Assembly (NCBI GenBank): GCA_964291405.2 | Contig: OZ219926.1 | Coordinates: 2,304,001-2,368,000 of the forward strand | Length of the DNA: 64,000 bases | Direction of reading: 5' to 3' | Source of the DNA: Thermodesulfobacteriota bacterium | GTDB taxonomy: Bacteria; Desulfobacterota; Binatia; Bin18 | Shown here: positions 28,271 to 38,437 of the stretch, piece by piece | Numbering within the stretch: position 1 is the first letter of the stretch | Layout of the letters: every line of letters begins with the position of its first letter | Made by a program: the position numbers and the translations under genes | Notes under the pieces: generated by a model | What the model saw: only the letters and a program-made list of their open reading frames with translations | Told to the model about the DNA's origin: nothing | Database searches by the model: none

Positions 28271-29020
28271 CTATAATGGGATAGGAATAGTCCCCCCTCC
28301 GGCGAGGAGGACGAAGAGGCAGAACGCGGCAGTCTCGACGAGTTCTGCTATTGCACCCCAGTGCTCTCCGGCAACGCCTCCCAGGCGGTGATTGCAAAAC
28401 AGCGTAAAGCCGATAATAAGTCCACCCAGGGGCAGAACGAGCGCAATTCCAGCAATTTCAATCAGCGTAAACAAGACGCCCAGAGCGATGAGGCTGGAGA
28501 GGGCAAACTCATTGAACTGGACCCCGTGTACAAAGGTCGTACCCGGCCCCTCAGTTCGAGCCGGACGGGAGCTATAGGCCATCACCACGCACGCCCACCG
28601 ACCCAGCATAGGTCCGAGAAAGAGCGCGATATCTCGATAGCCGCCGAGGAGCATATTCAAGGCACATACTTTGCACGCGAGGAGAAAAAAAAGGACCAAG
28701 ACGCCAAGCGGTCCACGCGCAGACATTCTCCTCGCTAGGCCCGAGCCGCCAAACAGAGCGTCAGTACTCTTCACGACCCCATCAAGATGAACCCCTCGAC
28801 TCACAACCGCCAGCAATCCAACGAGCAGGATGCTGAGCAGTGTTGTTGGGAGCACAGGCCGGAGCAACCAGTCTACCCCCCAGACCAGTGCACCGAGGAG
28901 AAGCCCGATCAACGGGAAAAAGACTGCGGACCGCCCACAGACCGTGGCATCAAAAGGCCGCGCTCTTTTCGTCCGGATGATGGTGAGAAAGTGTAGAGCC
29001 GTCAGGAAGTTGGTCAGCAT
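28271..29020 (-). CDS. cobS: CobS-like cobalamin synthase family membrane protein with divergent motifs
   Basis: ALHFLT, FFPLIG, GVHLDG, RLGG..G...GA..E..E. Confidence 0.75.
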   Translation of the reverse strand: MLTNFLTALHFLTIIRTKRARPFDATVCGRSAVFFPLIGLLLGALVWGVDWLLRPVLPTTLLSILLVGLLAVVSRGVHLDGVVKSTDALFGGSGLARRMSARGPLGVLVLFFLLACKVCALNMLLGGYRDIALFLGPMLGRWACVVMAYSSRPARTEGPGTTFVHGVQFNEFALSSLIALGVLFTLIEIAGIALVLPLGGLIIGFTLFCNHRLGGVAGEHWGAIAELVETAAFCLFVLLAGGGTIPIPL

Positions 29021-29109
29021 CCCGGCTCGTATACCACTTCCCCGCCTGCGCGCAAACGGCCGGAGTCAGTGCAAATCGGCGGAGCAGACGCGGCTCCCCT
29101 TAGTCTACC

Positions 29110-30561
29110 TTATCCCAACGACAAAAACGAGGCTCCGGCCAAAGACATGGACGCGGACGGGAAGACGCCCATCAGTACCGTGCCGATTGCGGCTATCAGG
29201 ATGGCCGCTCCTAACGCGGAACGGAGTGAGGGCAATTCGACAATAGCCTCACCCTCACGCATATACATATTGACAACGACGCGAATGTAGTAATAGGCCG
29301 ATACCACGCTATTCAGCACGCCAATGACCGCTAACCAGATATATCCGGCCTGCACTGCCGCGCTGAAAATATAAAACTTCCCGGTGAATCCAACCAGCGG
29401 AGGAACACCCGTCAGAGAGAGCATGAACACGGTCATGGCCATACCCAGGGCTGGATGACGAAAACCAAGACCGGCATAATCGTCAAGCTCTTCGTGCGGC
29501 TCACCTCTACGTCCAACAGCGATCACCACCCCAAAGGCGCCCAGATTCATCAGCCCATAGGCCACCAGATAATACATCAGAGCCGCGCCGCCCAGCTCCT
29601 TACCGGCAACCATGGCGACGAGGAGATAGCCAGCATGGGCAATACTTGAATAGGCAAGCATGCGTTTGATGTTGTGCTGGACAAGCGCGGTGATGTTACC
29701 CACCGTCATGGTGAGTGCGGCTACGACCCACAGAATACCCTGCCAATCCGCATGGACCACGCCGAAGGTATGCAGGAATATCCGGGCAAAGGCGGCAAAA
29801 GCGGCAGCTTTGACACCGACCGCCATAAAAGCGGTAACGGTTGTGGGTGAGCCCTGATACACATCCGGGGTCCAGACGTGGAATGGGACGGCGGCCACCT
29901 TAAATCCAAAGCCGACGATTAAGAGACCCATGCCAATCAACAGCAAGGGCGAAGAGCCCTGGGCACCGACGTGTTCGGCAATGGGTCCAAGCTGCACACT
30001 GCCTGTCGCTCCGTAAATCAGGGCAATACCATACAGCAGGAACCCACTCGCAAACGCCCCCAGGAGAAAGTATTTGAGCGCGGCTTCATGGGAGGTGAGA
30101 TGTTGCCGCCAGATCCCGGCCAGGACGTACACGGCAATCGACATGGTTTCCAGACCCAGAAAGATCAAAATGAGGTCAGTAGCAGCAGCCATGACCGTCA
30201 TGCCGACCGTGGCAAAGAGAATGAGGGCGTAATACTCTCCGTGCCGAATCTCTGCGGTTTCGAGATAGGTCAAAGACATCAACACCGTCAGGCCTGCGAC
30301 CAAACAAAAGACGAGATGAAAGAACACGGCATACGCATCGAGGGCAAACATCCCGCTGAACGACGTCACATCGTTCTGGCCCCACAACAACCAGGAACAC
30401 AGCGCCGTGACAACAATACCCGTCAGGCTCAGCCAGCCGAGCAAAGAGCGCTCATCGTCTTTCATCCAGATGTCCCAGAACAGGGCCAGGATGCCAGTCA
30501 CGGACAGGAGCAGGGTCGGCAGGACCGAGAGCCAATTAACGGCGGGGAGTGTCATGTCCAT
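29110..30561 (-). CDS. nuoN: NADH-quinone oxidoreductase subunit N
   Basis: EAALKYF, FKVAAVPFHVWTPDVY, KRMLAYSSIAH. Confidence 0.96.
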   Translation of the reverse strand: MDMTLPAVNWLSVLPTLLLSVTGILALFWDIWMKDDERSLLGWLSLTGIVVTALCSWLLWGQNDVTSFSGMFALDAYAVFFHLVFCLVAGLTVLMSLTYLETAEIRHGEYYALILFATVGMTVMAAATDLILIFLGLETMSIAVYVLAGIWRQHLTSHEAALKYFLLGAFASGFLLYGIALIYGATGSVQLGPIAEHVGAQGSSPLLLIGMGLLIVGFGFKVAAVPFHVWTPDVYQGSPTTVTAFMAVGVKAAAFAAFARIFLHTFGVVHADWQGILWVVAALTMTVGNITALVQHNIKRMLAYSSIAHAGYLLVAMVAGKELGGAALMYYLVAYGLMNLGAFGVVIAVGRRGEPHEELDDYAGLGFRHPALGMAMTVFMLSLTGVPPLVGFTGKFYIFSAAVQAGYIWLAVIGVLNSVVSAYYYIRVVVNMYMREGEAIVELPSLRSALGAAILIAAIGTVLMGVFPSASMSLAGASFLSLG

Positions 30562-30563
30562 AC

Positions 30564-32141
30564 TCAACTCGCCCCTTTTAGGTCTATTGAGTCTTTGGGG
30601 TCCGTTGGGTCAAGACTCAACCGACCCAGTGACTCTACCGACCCAATGGACTCTACCGACTTACTATCGGCGGTTTTGTGAATCCGTGCCAAGGTAGCTT
30701 CCACCGACTTCTCCATACGGCTGAGGAAGGGCTTGGGATAGAGACCCATCAGCAACATCAGGGCGATCAACGGAACAAATATAGCCAACTCGCGGCGTGA
30801 CAGGTCGGTCATCTTGGCGTTCTCCGGCTGCGTCAGCGGTCCGAAAACAACCCGCTGGTACAGGCGCAACATATAGACGGCACCCAGAACCACACCAGAA
30901 ACCGCGACCGCCCCGGCCAGCGTGTTCGCCTGAAAGGTCCCCAAGAGGATGAGGAACTCCCCGACAAATCCGTTCAGACCCGGCAGGCCGATCGAAGACA
31001 ACATGGTAATCAGAAAGACCGAGGCAAAGAGTGGTAGCTGTTTCCATAAGCCGCCATACTCGCTGATAAGCCGCGTATGGCGGCGTTCATATATTACGCC
31101 GACCAGCAGGAAGAGAGCCCCGGTTGAGAGGCCATGGCCCAGCATCTGATACAGCGCGCCTTCGGCCCCCTGTATATTGAACGCGAACAACCCCAGCATG
31201 ACAAAGCCGAGGTGGCTGACGGACGAGTAGGCAACCAGCTTTTTCATATCCGGCTGCACCAGGGCCACCAGCGCTCCATACACGATGCCAACCACTGAGA
31301 GTGCCATGATCAGCGGCACCGCAGCGTGGGCGGCATCGGGGAAGAGCGGCAGGGCAAAGCGCAGGAAGCCATAGGTGCCCATTTTGAGGAGTACGCCGGC
31401 CAGGATGACGGACCCCCCGGTCGGGGCTTCGACGTGCGCGTCCGGCAGCCAGGTATGAAAGGGAAAAAGGGGAACCTTAATGGCAAAGGACAAAGCAAAC
31501 GCGGCGAACAACCACATTTGGGCGTTGACCGGAATCTCAAGAGTATACAGGCGCAGAAGGTCAAAAGTGAGCGTGCCGTGCTGGGCATTATGGAGATAGG
31601 CGAGATACAGAATGGCCACCAGCATCAGGAGGCTGCCGACCATGGTGTAGAGCAGGAATTTAAGTGCGGCATAAATGCGCCGTTCGCCACCCCAGACGCC
31701 AATCAGGAAGTACATGGGAATAAGCATGACTTCCCAGAAGACGTAGAAGAGAAAGACATCAACCGCGACAAAGGTCCCGATCATGCCGGTTTCCAGGATG
31801 AGAAAGAAAAAGAGATACTCCCTGACCCGATGTTCCACACTGCTCCAGGTGGACAGAATCACCAGCGGAGAAAGAAAGGTCGTCAGCAGAACAAGAAACA
31901 GGCTGATGCCATCAACGCCAACATAGTATTCGATCCCGAACTCGCTAATCCAGGCATAGCGCTCAACGAATTGGAACTCGGCGGTCTCGCTATCAAAGCC
32001 GGTGAACAGGCCGAGCGAGATGACGAACGTGAAGAGCGAAGCGCCAAAGGCGGTTCGACGCACCAGCTCCACCGCATTCTTGTTGAGGGTCAACAGGAAG
32101 AACGCCGTCAGCAGCGGAATGAAAACAATGAGGCTTACCAC
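30564..32141 (-). CDS. nuoM: NADH-quinone oxidoreductase subunit M
   Basis: FWEVMLIP, HTWLPDAHVEAP, AYSSVSH; probable GTG start overlapping the nuoL stop; repeat-derived C-terminal tail. Confidence 0.95.
   Translation of the reverse strand: MVSLIVFIPLLTAFFLLTLNKNAVELVRRTAFGASLFTFVISLGLFTGFDSETAEFQFVERYAWISEFGIEYYVGVDGISLFLVLLTTFLSPLVILSTWSSVEHRVREYLFFFLILETGMIGTFVAVDVFLFYVFWEVMLIPMYFLIGVWGGERRIYAALKFLLYTMVGSLLMLVAILYLAYLHNAQHGTLTFDLLRLYTLEIPVNAQMWLFAAFALSFAIKVPLFPFHTWLPDAHVEAPTGGSVILAGVLLKMGTYGFLRFALPLFPDAAHAAVPLIMALSVVGIVYGALVALVQPDMKKLVAYSSVSHLGFVMLGLFAFNIQGAEGALYQMLGHGLSTGALFLLVGVIYERRHTRLISEYGGLWKQLPLFASVFLITMLSSIGLPGLNGFVGEFLILLGTFQANTLAGAVAVSGVVLGAVYMLRLYQRVVFGPLTQPENAKMTDLSRRELAIFVPLIALMLLMGLYPKPFLSRMEKSVEATLARIHKTADSKSVESIGSVESLGRLSLDPTDPKDSIDLKGAS
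30581..30661. repeat. Inverted 9-mer tandem array (family B) in nuoM 3' end
   Basis: TATTGAGTC/TTTGGGGTC/CGTTGGGTC then GACTCAACC/GACTCTACC/GACCCAATG. Confidence 0.85.
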
Positions 32142-34045
32142 AGATAATACCCCAGAATCACAATCGCTCCACAACAGAACGACAGGGCGTAGGTCTGGAC
32201 ATTGCCGGTTTGCCAGAAGCGCAGCACCGAGCCATTGGCCTGAATCACCTGGGCTGTGCCGTTGACCACCCCATCAATAACGACCGTATCCCACACCTTC
32301 CACAGCCAGTCCGAGGCTGCCAGAAGAGGCCGGACAATCACCGCTTCGTAGAACTCATCAACATAATACTTGTTCAGCAACAACTGATGCAGACCAGCGA
32401 ACTGCTGGCTGAGACGGTCGGCCCTTCCTCTACCAGGGGCAAAAGGGGGGTCTTGCACATACAGCCGATAGGCCAGCCCGATCCCTCCCAGCCCAAGCAG
32501 GGTGGGCAGATATTTCACCAGGGGCGACACATGCGGATGCTCATGGCCGTAGAGCGGGCTGAGCAGTTCGGGCACGGTAAAATAGCCACCGATCAAGGAC
32601 AGGATGGCAAGCACCACCAGGGGCACGGTCATGACCTGGGGCGATTCATGAATATGGTGGGCAACCTCGGGATCAGAACGGTTTTCTCCCCAAAACGTGA
32701 CAAAGAATAACCGAAACATATAGAAGGCGGTCAAGCCCGCTCCCAGGGTCCCGATCAGCCACAGCACGGGAGAACCGTGCGGACTCCCAAAGGCGTGTTC
32801 CAGGATGAGATCCTTGCTGAAAAAACCGGACAGTAAGGGAAACCCGGCGATAGCCAGACAGCCGATGGCAAATGTTCCATAGGTGGTCGGCATCTTGCTT
32901 TTCAGCCCGCCCATTTTGCGGATATCCTGCTCTTCGCTCATGCCGTGGATGACACTGCCGGCGCCGAGAAAAAGAAGGGCCTTAAAGAAGGCGTGGGTCA
33001 TAACATGAAACACGCCCGCCGCATACGCGCCCACGCCCAGTCCGAGAAACATATAACCCAGTTGACTGACCGTTGAGTAGGCCAGGACCTTTTTAATATC
33101 GGTCTGCACCAGGGCAATCGTGGCGGCAAACAGGGCGGTGACGGCCCCGACCACGGCCACGACGGCTAATGCGGTTTGGGATAGGGAATACAGAAAATGC
33201 ATCCGCGCTATCAAATAGATGCCGGCCGTCACCATAGTCGCGGCGTGGATGAGTGCGCTCACCGGTGTGGGGCCGGCCATAGCGTCCGGCAACCAAACAT
33301 AGAGCGGAATTTGGGCAGACTTGCCGGCCGCGCCAACAAAGAAGAGCAGGCAGATCAGCGTCACCGTCGTCGCGGGCAGCACTGAGGCGTGGGCGGCGAC
33401 TTCGCTGAACGACAGCGTCCAGACGCCGTGGGCCCCCAGGCTCCAGAACAAAAGAAACAGACCCAGAAGAAAACCGGCATCACCAATCCGGTTGACGATA
33501 AATGCCTTTTTCCCGGCACTGGCCTTTTCGTCGTCCGTATACCAAAAACCAATGAGTAAATAGGAGCACAGCCCAACGCCTTCCCAGCCTACGAAGAGCA
33601 GCAGGATGTTATCGCCCAGCACCAGCAGCAGCATGGCCGTGGTAAAGAGGTTGAGATAGGCAAAATAGCGCACCACATCGTCGTCGTGGGCCATATAGCC
33701 GACGGAGTAGACATGGATGAGAAAGCCGACACCGGTGATGACCATGATCATGGTGCCGGACAGGGGGTCAACTCGCAGCGCAATATCAACGTGCAGGGCA
33801 CCCGAGTAAATCCAGGGGTAGACACTATCAACCAAGGCACCGCCGTCCGGCAGTTGGACAAAGGCCGCAAACGCAAAGCAAAACGCGAGGAAGATCATAC
33901 CCGGCGAAACCCAGTTCACGACTTGTCTGCCATAGCGCGGCCCCAAGAAGAGGTTGAACACCACCCCGAGCAGGGGAAAGAGAACAATATAGCGAAGATA
34001 CGAGACCGTCTGGACGGCGACTTCAGCCGCGTGCGGATGTTCCAT
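32135..34045 (-). CDS. nuoL: NADH-quinone oxidoreductase subunit L
   Basis: GWEGVG, NRIGD, WLPDAMAGPTPVSALIHAATMV, HAFFKALLFL. Confidence 0.97.
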   Translation of the reverse strand: MEHPHAAEVAVQTVSYLRYIVLFPLLGVVFNLFLGPRYGRQVVNWVSPGMIFLAFCFAFAAFVQLPDGGALVDSVYPWIYSGALHVDIALRVDPLSGTMIMVITGVGFLIHVYSVGYMAHDDDVVRYFAYLNLFTTAMLLLVLGDNILLLFVGWEGVGLCSYLLIGFWYTDDEKASAGKKAFIVNRIGDAGFLLGLFLLFWSLGAHGVWTLSFSEVAAHASVLPATTVTLICLLFFVGAAGKSAQIPLYVWLPDAMAGPTPVSALIHAATMVTAGIYLIARMHFLYSLSQTALAVVAVVGAVTALFAATIALVQTDIKKVLAYSTVSQLGYMFLGLGVGAYAAGVFHVMTHAFFKALLFLGAGSVIHGMSEEQDIRKMGGLKSKMPTTYGTFAIGCLAIAGFPLLSGFFSKDLILEHAFGSPHGSPVLWLIGTLGAGLTAFYMFRLFFVTFWGENRSDPEVAHHIHESPQVMTVPLVVLAILSLIGGYFTVPELLSPLYGHEHPHVSPLVKYLPTLLGLGGIGLAYRLYVQDPPFAPGRGRADRLSQQFAGLHQLLLNKYYVDEFYEAVIVRPLLAASDWLWKVWDTVVIDGVVNGTAQVIQANGSVLRFWQTGNVQTYALSFCCGAIVILGYYLW

Positions 34046-34105
34046 CTCTACAGCACCAATCCCAGTCGATTCAGACTCTCTGCTCTGCGTTGTGTCATAC
34101 CGTCT

Positions 34106-34408
34106 CTACCATCGCATCAGGTTGAGTTCGTCCGCGTTGACCGTCTCTCGGCCACGGAAAACGAGCAGGATGATGGCCAGCCCAACCGCGACCTCCGCCG
34201 CCGCAACCGACATGACAAAGAACACGATGATCTGTCCGTCCATATTGCCGAAATGCCGGGCCAGGGCCACAAAAGACAGGTTGACGGCATTCAACATGAG
34301 TTCAATCGCCATGAAAATAATAATGATATTGCGGCGTAAGAGAACGCCCGTCACACCGATGGTGAACAGGATGCCGCTCAGAATGAGATGATAACTGGTT
34401 GGGACCAT
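34106..34408 (-). CDS. nuoK: NADH-quinone oxidoreductase subunit K
   Basis: [19 protein letters not shown]. Confidence 0.96.
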   Translation of the reverse strand: MVPTSYHLILSGILFTIGVTGVLLRRNIIIIFMAIELMLNAVNLSFVALARHFGNMDGQIIVFFVMSVAAAEVAVGLAIILLVFRGRETVNADELNLMRW

Positions 34409-34419
34409 CTGCCGCCCTC

Positions 34420-34527
34420 AAAGAGTATTGGGTCTATGGGGTTTGTTGGGTGAGTTGGGTCTGTGGGGTCGGACACAAAGGGCTCAACAGACGCAAAGGA
34501 CTCAACAGACGCATACGTGTACTCTTT
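34420..34527. repeat. Inverted 9-mer array (family B, 5+5 units) bounded by family-A-like termini
   Basis: AAAGAGTA-[TATTGGGTC...TGTGGGGTC][GACACAAAG...GACGCATAC]-GTGTACTCTTT. Confidence 0.8.
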
Positions 34528-35016
34528 CTATCGTTTTGCCAAGACCACTGCCCCAACGACCGCAACTAACAAGAGTATACCGGTGATTTCAAAGGGCAGC
34601 AGATACGTGGTGAAGAGCTGACTTCCCAAGGCTTCGACCGTCCCGAAGTTCTCGGGCAAGCTGCTCTCGGCCTGCTCGGACGAGGAGCGTTGCAGCAGCA
34701 GGCCCAGTTCTGCGAGCAAGATGACGCCACCAATAATGGCCGCTCTGCCCAAGCCGTGTCGCTGTGTCCGCAGGGTGTCGCTCTGCAAATTGAGCAGCAT
34801 AATCACAAATAAAAACAGGACCATGATCGCCCCGGCATACACAATGATCTGGAGCGCGGCGACCATATGGGCATTCAGAAACAGAAAATAGACCGCCAGA
34901 AGAAAGAGGGTCAGAACCAGAAAGAGGGCACTATAGACCGGACTGGGATGGGCGATGACCATGACCGCAACCACGACCAACGGAATAGCAAGGGCAAAGA
35001 AGGTCACGAAATCCAT
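34528..35016 (-). CDS. nuoJ: NADH-quinone oxidoreductase subunit J
   Basis: QIIVYAGAIMVLFLFVIMLL, YLLPFE. Confidence 0.95.
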   Translation of the reverse strand: MDFVTFFALAIPLVVVAVMVIAHPSPVYSALFLVLTLFLLAVYFLFLNAHMVAALQIIVYAGAIMVLFLFVIMLLNLQSDTLRTQRHGLGRAAIIGGVILLAELGLLLQRSSSEQAESSLPENFGTVEALGSQLFTTYLLPFEITGILLLVAVVGAVVLAKR

Positions 35017-35021
35017 AGCGT

Positions 35022-36113
35022 CTACTCGAAGAGAAGAATAACCAGAGCGGTCAGCATGACGTTGGCCAGTGCCAGCGGGAGGAGAATTTTCCAACCGAGG
35101 CTGATGAGTTGATCATAGCGGAAGCGGGGCAGGGTCCAGCGAATCATAATCTGGAGCCAGCAGAAGAAGAGCACCTTTAGGGTAAAGGACCCGACCTGCA
35201 GCAGCGTCACGAGGAGTGAGGGCAGCGCGAGGGTGCCTCCCCACGGGAAATGAAACCCGTCCCGCAGCAGAAACGGCACTTGCCAGCCACCGAAGAAGAG
35301 CGTGGTAATCAGTCCGGCAACAATGATGGCTTCGACAAAGTCCCCCAGCATGAACATGGCCTGCTTGGCACCGGAATACTCGGTGAAATAGCCGGATATC
35401 AGCTCGGATTCGGCTTCGGGGAGGTCAAATGGAATCCGTTTACTCTCGGCTATCCCGGCGGCCAAAAAGATCAGAAAAGCAACCGGCTGATAGACAATGC
35501 CCCAGGCCGGAATCCAGCCCCCAATCAGCGCACCCTGGGCACGCGTAATCTCCTGCAAGTCCAACGAGCCAAAGGCCAGGACCACCCCGATGAGCGCCAA
35601 CCCCAACGGAATCTCGTACGAGATCATCTGGGCGGAGCCACGAATCCCGCCCAGGAGCGCCCAACGGTTATTGGAGGCCCAGCCGCCCAGGACGACGCCG
35701 TACACACTGAGTGAGACCATCGCCAGCACATACAGAATACCGATATTCAGATTGGCGGCCTGAAGCGTGATTTCCCGTCCGCCAATAATCAGCACATCAC
35801 CAAAGGGAATGACAATAAAGGTGACCAATAAGGGCACCAGGCCGATGGCCGGCGCAAGCGTATGCAGCAGCTTGTCCGCCCCCGGGGGCACAAAGTCTTC
35901 CTTGGTAAACAGCTTGATGGGGTCGGCCACCAAGGTGTTGACGATACCCAGATTAAAGGGGAGTTTTCCAAGCACAGCCGCTCGATTGGCACCAATCCGA
36001 TCTTGCAGAACCGCGCTGCCTTTGCGCTCCACCCACAGCAGCAGCCCGCCGAGATTCAGCACCATCAGCACCATCAGGATGGTCAGGCTCAACGTGATAA
36101 GAAAATCAATCAT
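35022..36113 (-). CDS. nuoH: NADH-quinone oxidoreductase subunit H
   Basis: ERK, AQMISYE, PFDLPEAESEL, RFRYDQL. Confidence 0.97.
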   Translation of the reverse strand: MIDFLITLSLTILMVLMVLNLGGLLLWVERKGSAVLQDRIGANRAAVLGKLPFNLGIVNTLVADPIKLFTKEDFVPPGADKLLHTLAPAIGLVPLLVTFIVIPFGDVLIIGGREITLQAANLNIGILYVLAMVSLSVYGVVLGGWASNNRWALLGGIRGSAQMISYEIPLGLALIGVVLAFGSLDLQEITRAQGALIGGWIPAWGIVYQPVAFLIFLAAGIAESKRIPFDLPEAESELISGYFTEYSGAKQAMFMLGDFVEAIIVAGLITTLFFGGWQVPFLLRDGFHFPWGGTLALPSLLVTLLQVGSFTLKVLFFCWLQIMIRWTLPRFRYDQLISLGWKILLPLALANVMLTALVILLFE

Positions 36114-36127
36114 AGAGTGCTTGACGT

Positions 36128-36634
36128 TCAGGGTCCTGATGTGGAAGCAGATTCGGCCTGTTTTGCCAACTCATCAATCAGGCTGAGCATACTCTCCGGG
36201 GTCTGGTTCTCGTGATAGTCGTCGTTGACCTGGATAACGGGAGCGGTCCCGCACGAGCCCAGGCATTCCACCTCACTCAGGGAAAATATCTTATCACCGG
36301 TGGTCTGACCGACCTTGACACCGAGCCGGTCTTCCAGACAGCGGACAATTTTTTCAGCGCCAAGCAGAGTACAGGAAAGATTCGTGCAGACCTGCACGTG
36401 ACACTTCCCCATCGGCTCCTTGTAGAACATGGTGTAAAAAGTCGCGACACCACGCACATAGGCAGGCGACAGGTCGAGCAACCCGGCAACATGCTCCATC
36501 ACTGCGGGGCTCAGATAACCGAACTCGGTCTGCGCCAGCCACAGCGTAGGCAGAATGGCGGCCTGCTTGGTGGGATAGCGGGTCAGCACATCCTCAAACT
36601 GTTTGTGCGTTTCCTCTGAAAATTGGACAGCCAT
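36128..36634 (-). CDS. nuoE: NADH-quinone oxidoreductase subunit E ([2Fe-2S])
   Basis: VATFYTMF, CTNLSC, ECLGSCGTAP. Confidence 0.95.
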   Translation of the reverse strand: MAVQFSEETHKQFEDVLTRYPTKQAAILPTLWLAQTEFGYLSPAVMEHVAGLLDLSPAYVRGVATFYTMFYKEPMGKCHVQVCTNLSCTLLGAEKIVRCLEDRLGVKVGQTTGDKIFSLSEVECLGSCGTAPVIQVNDDYHENQTPESMLSLIDELAKQAESASTSGP

Positions 36635-36677
36635 ACTCTGCTCTCAGCGCTAGAGAGGCGGCTCGTGCTCCCACCCC

Positions 36678-37904
36678 TTAGCGGTCACACTCTCCGCCGA
36701 TCATATTGACCATGCCAAACGTCGTAATAATGTCGGAGATCAGACATCCCCGCAGCATCTCGCCCAGCGCCGCCATACCGAAAAAACAGGGCGGCCGCAC
36801 CCGGACGCGATACGGGCGACCGCTGCCGTCACTGACCAGATAAAAGCTGAGTTCGCCGTTCGCGCCCTCCACACTCAGAAACGCCTCGCCGGGTGGAATT
36901 TTAACCCCTTCAATGACCAGCTTAAAATGGTTCATGAGACCCTCAATATTGCCGTACACCTGTTTTTTTTCGGGCAGCGTAATATTGGGGTCGTCAATCC
37001 GAATCGGGCCGCTCGGCAACCCGTTCAGCGCCTGCTCAATAATAGCCATGCTCTGTTTGATTTCTTCAAAGCGCACGGAAAAACGGTCGTAATTGTCGCC
37101 CTGGGTGCCGGTCGGGATGTCAAAATCAAAACGGTCATAGCCTGAGTAGGGCAGCGCCTTGCGCACATCGTAGGGGACGCCGGTTGCGCGTAGCAGCGGA
37201 CCGGTGAGACTGTAGGAAATCGCGTCTTCCGGAGACATGATTCCGACACCGGACATGCGGTCAATGAAGATGCGATTCTTGGACAACAGCTTATCACAGT
37301 CACCCAGGAGACGACGTATGTCGGTGAATGCAGTCCGCACGCGCTCGGCAAAGTCCTGCGGCAGATCGTGTGTCACGCCACCGACCCTGGCATAGCTGAC
37401 CGTCAGGCGGGCGCCGGTCACGGCCGTGACCAGGTCGTACAATGTCTCACGCGATTCCATCAGATAGAACCCCACGGAAATCGCACCGGCTTCAGCCGCG
37501 GCCATGCCCAGACATGTCAAATGGTCGGTAATCCGCGAAATCTCACTCATGATGACCCGGATATACTGGCAGCGTTCCGGGACCTCAACGTCAAGCAGGC
37601 GTTCGGCCGTCAGGGCAAAGGCCACATTATTAATGAGTGGCGAGGAGTAATTCAGTCGGTCGGTGTAGGGGATACAGTGATTCCAGGTGCGCTGCTCGCA
37701 CATCTTTTCAAAGCCGCGGTGCAGATAGCCGATCTCGACATCGCAGTTGAGTATTTTTTCTCCGTCAAGGGTGAGGTTAAATTTGATTGTGCCATGGGTT
37801 GCCGGATGGGACGGACCCATCTGCAATTCCATAATTTCAGAGGTGGGGTCGTGCTCAGCAACCTCTTTTTGAGCAGGGAGAAGGGGGGCCGCGGCTTCCG
37901 CCAT
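36678..37904 (-). CDS. nuoD: NADH-quinone oxidoreductase subunit D
   Basis: GPSHPATHG, GYLHRG, DRLNY, GECDR. Confidence 0.97.
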   Translation of the reverse strand: MAEAAAPLLPAQKEVAEHDPTSEIMELQMGPSHPATHGTIKFNLTLDGEKILNCDVEIGYLHRGFEKMCEQRTWNHCIPYTDRLNYSSPLINNVAFALTAERLLDVEVPERCQYIRVIMSEISRITDHLTCLGMAAAEAGAISVGFYLMESRETLYDLVTAVTGARLTVSYARVGGVTHDLPQDFAERVRTAFTDIRRLLGDCDKLLSKNRIFIDRMSGVGIMSPEDAISYSLTGPLLRATGVPYDVRKALPYSGYDRFDFDIPTGTQGDNYDRFSVRFEEIKQSMAIIEQALNGLPSGPIRIDDPNITLPEKKQVYGNIEGLMNHFKLVIEGVKIPPGEAFLSVEGANGELSFYLVSDGSGRPYRVRVRPPCFFGMAALGEMLRGCLISDIITTFGMVNMIGGECDR

Positions 37905-37910
37905 AGGTTG

Positions 37911-38420
37911 TTACCCTTTATGCCATGGGTTGATAATCGGATCGCGTTCTTCGACTAAGGGTTGACGTTTGTTGACCGGATAATCCTTGCGGAGCGGATG
38001 GCCGCGGAACTCTTCGTACATTAGAATGCGACGCAGATCCGGATGATCGGTAAACGTAATCCCGAACATATCCCAGACTTCGCGCTCCAGCCAGTTTGCC
38101 GACTTCCAGACTGACGCGGCCGATGGTAGTTCGGCACTCTCCTCTGTGAGTCGGACTTTGACCCGCAGGCGATGATTATGTGTCAGTGAATGGAGGTGGT
38201 AGACGACCTCGAAGCGAGGCTCTTTCCCGAAAAAATCAACTCCGGTGATATCGAGCAACAGGTTGAAGGCAAAATCCGGCTGCTCCTTGAGCTGGCTCAA
38301 AACAGTTAGCAGATCTCCGCGATCGATGACAATCGTATCGTTCCCGTGCGAAGAGTGCTGCTCTTGTATCGTGCCGGGGAATGCCGTCTCGATATGAGAG
38401 AGAATGTCTGCTTCAGCCAT
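37911..38420 (-). CDS. nuoC: NADH-quinone oxidoreductase subunit C
   Basis: WLEREVWDMFGI, HPLRKDYP. Confidence 0.96.
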   Translation of the reverse strand: MAEADILSHIETAFPGTIQEQHSSHGNDTIVIDRGDLLTVLSQLKEQPDFAFNLLLDITGVDFFGKEPRFEVVYHLHSLTHNHRLRVKVRLTEESAELPSAASVWKSANWLEREVWDMFGITFTDHPDLRRILMYEEFRGHPLRKDYPVNKRQPLVEERDPIINPWHKG

Positions 38421-38437
38421 CTCTGCCTATGGGCTAG

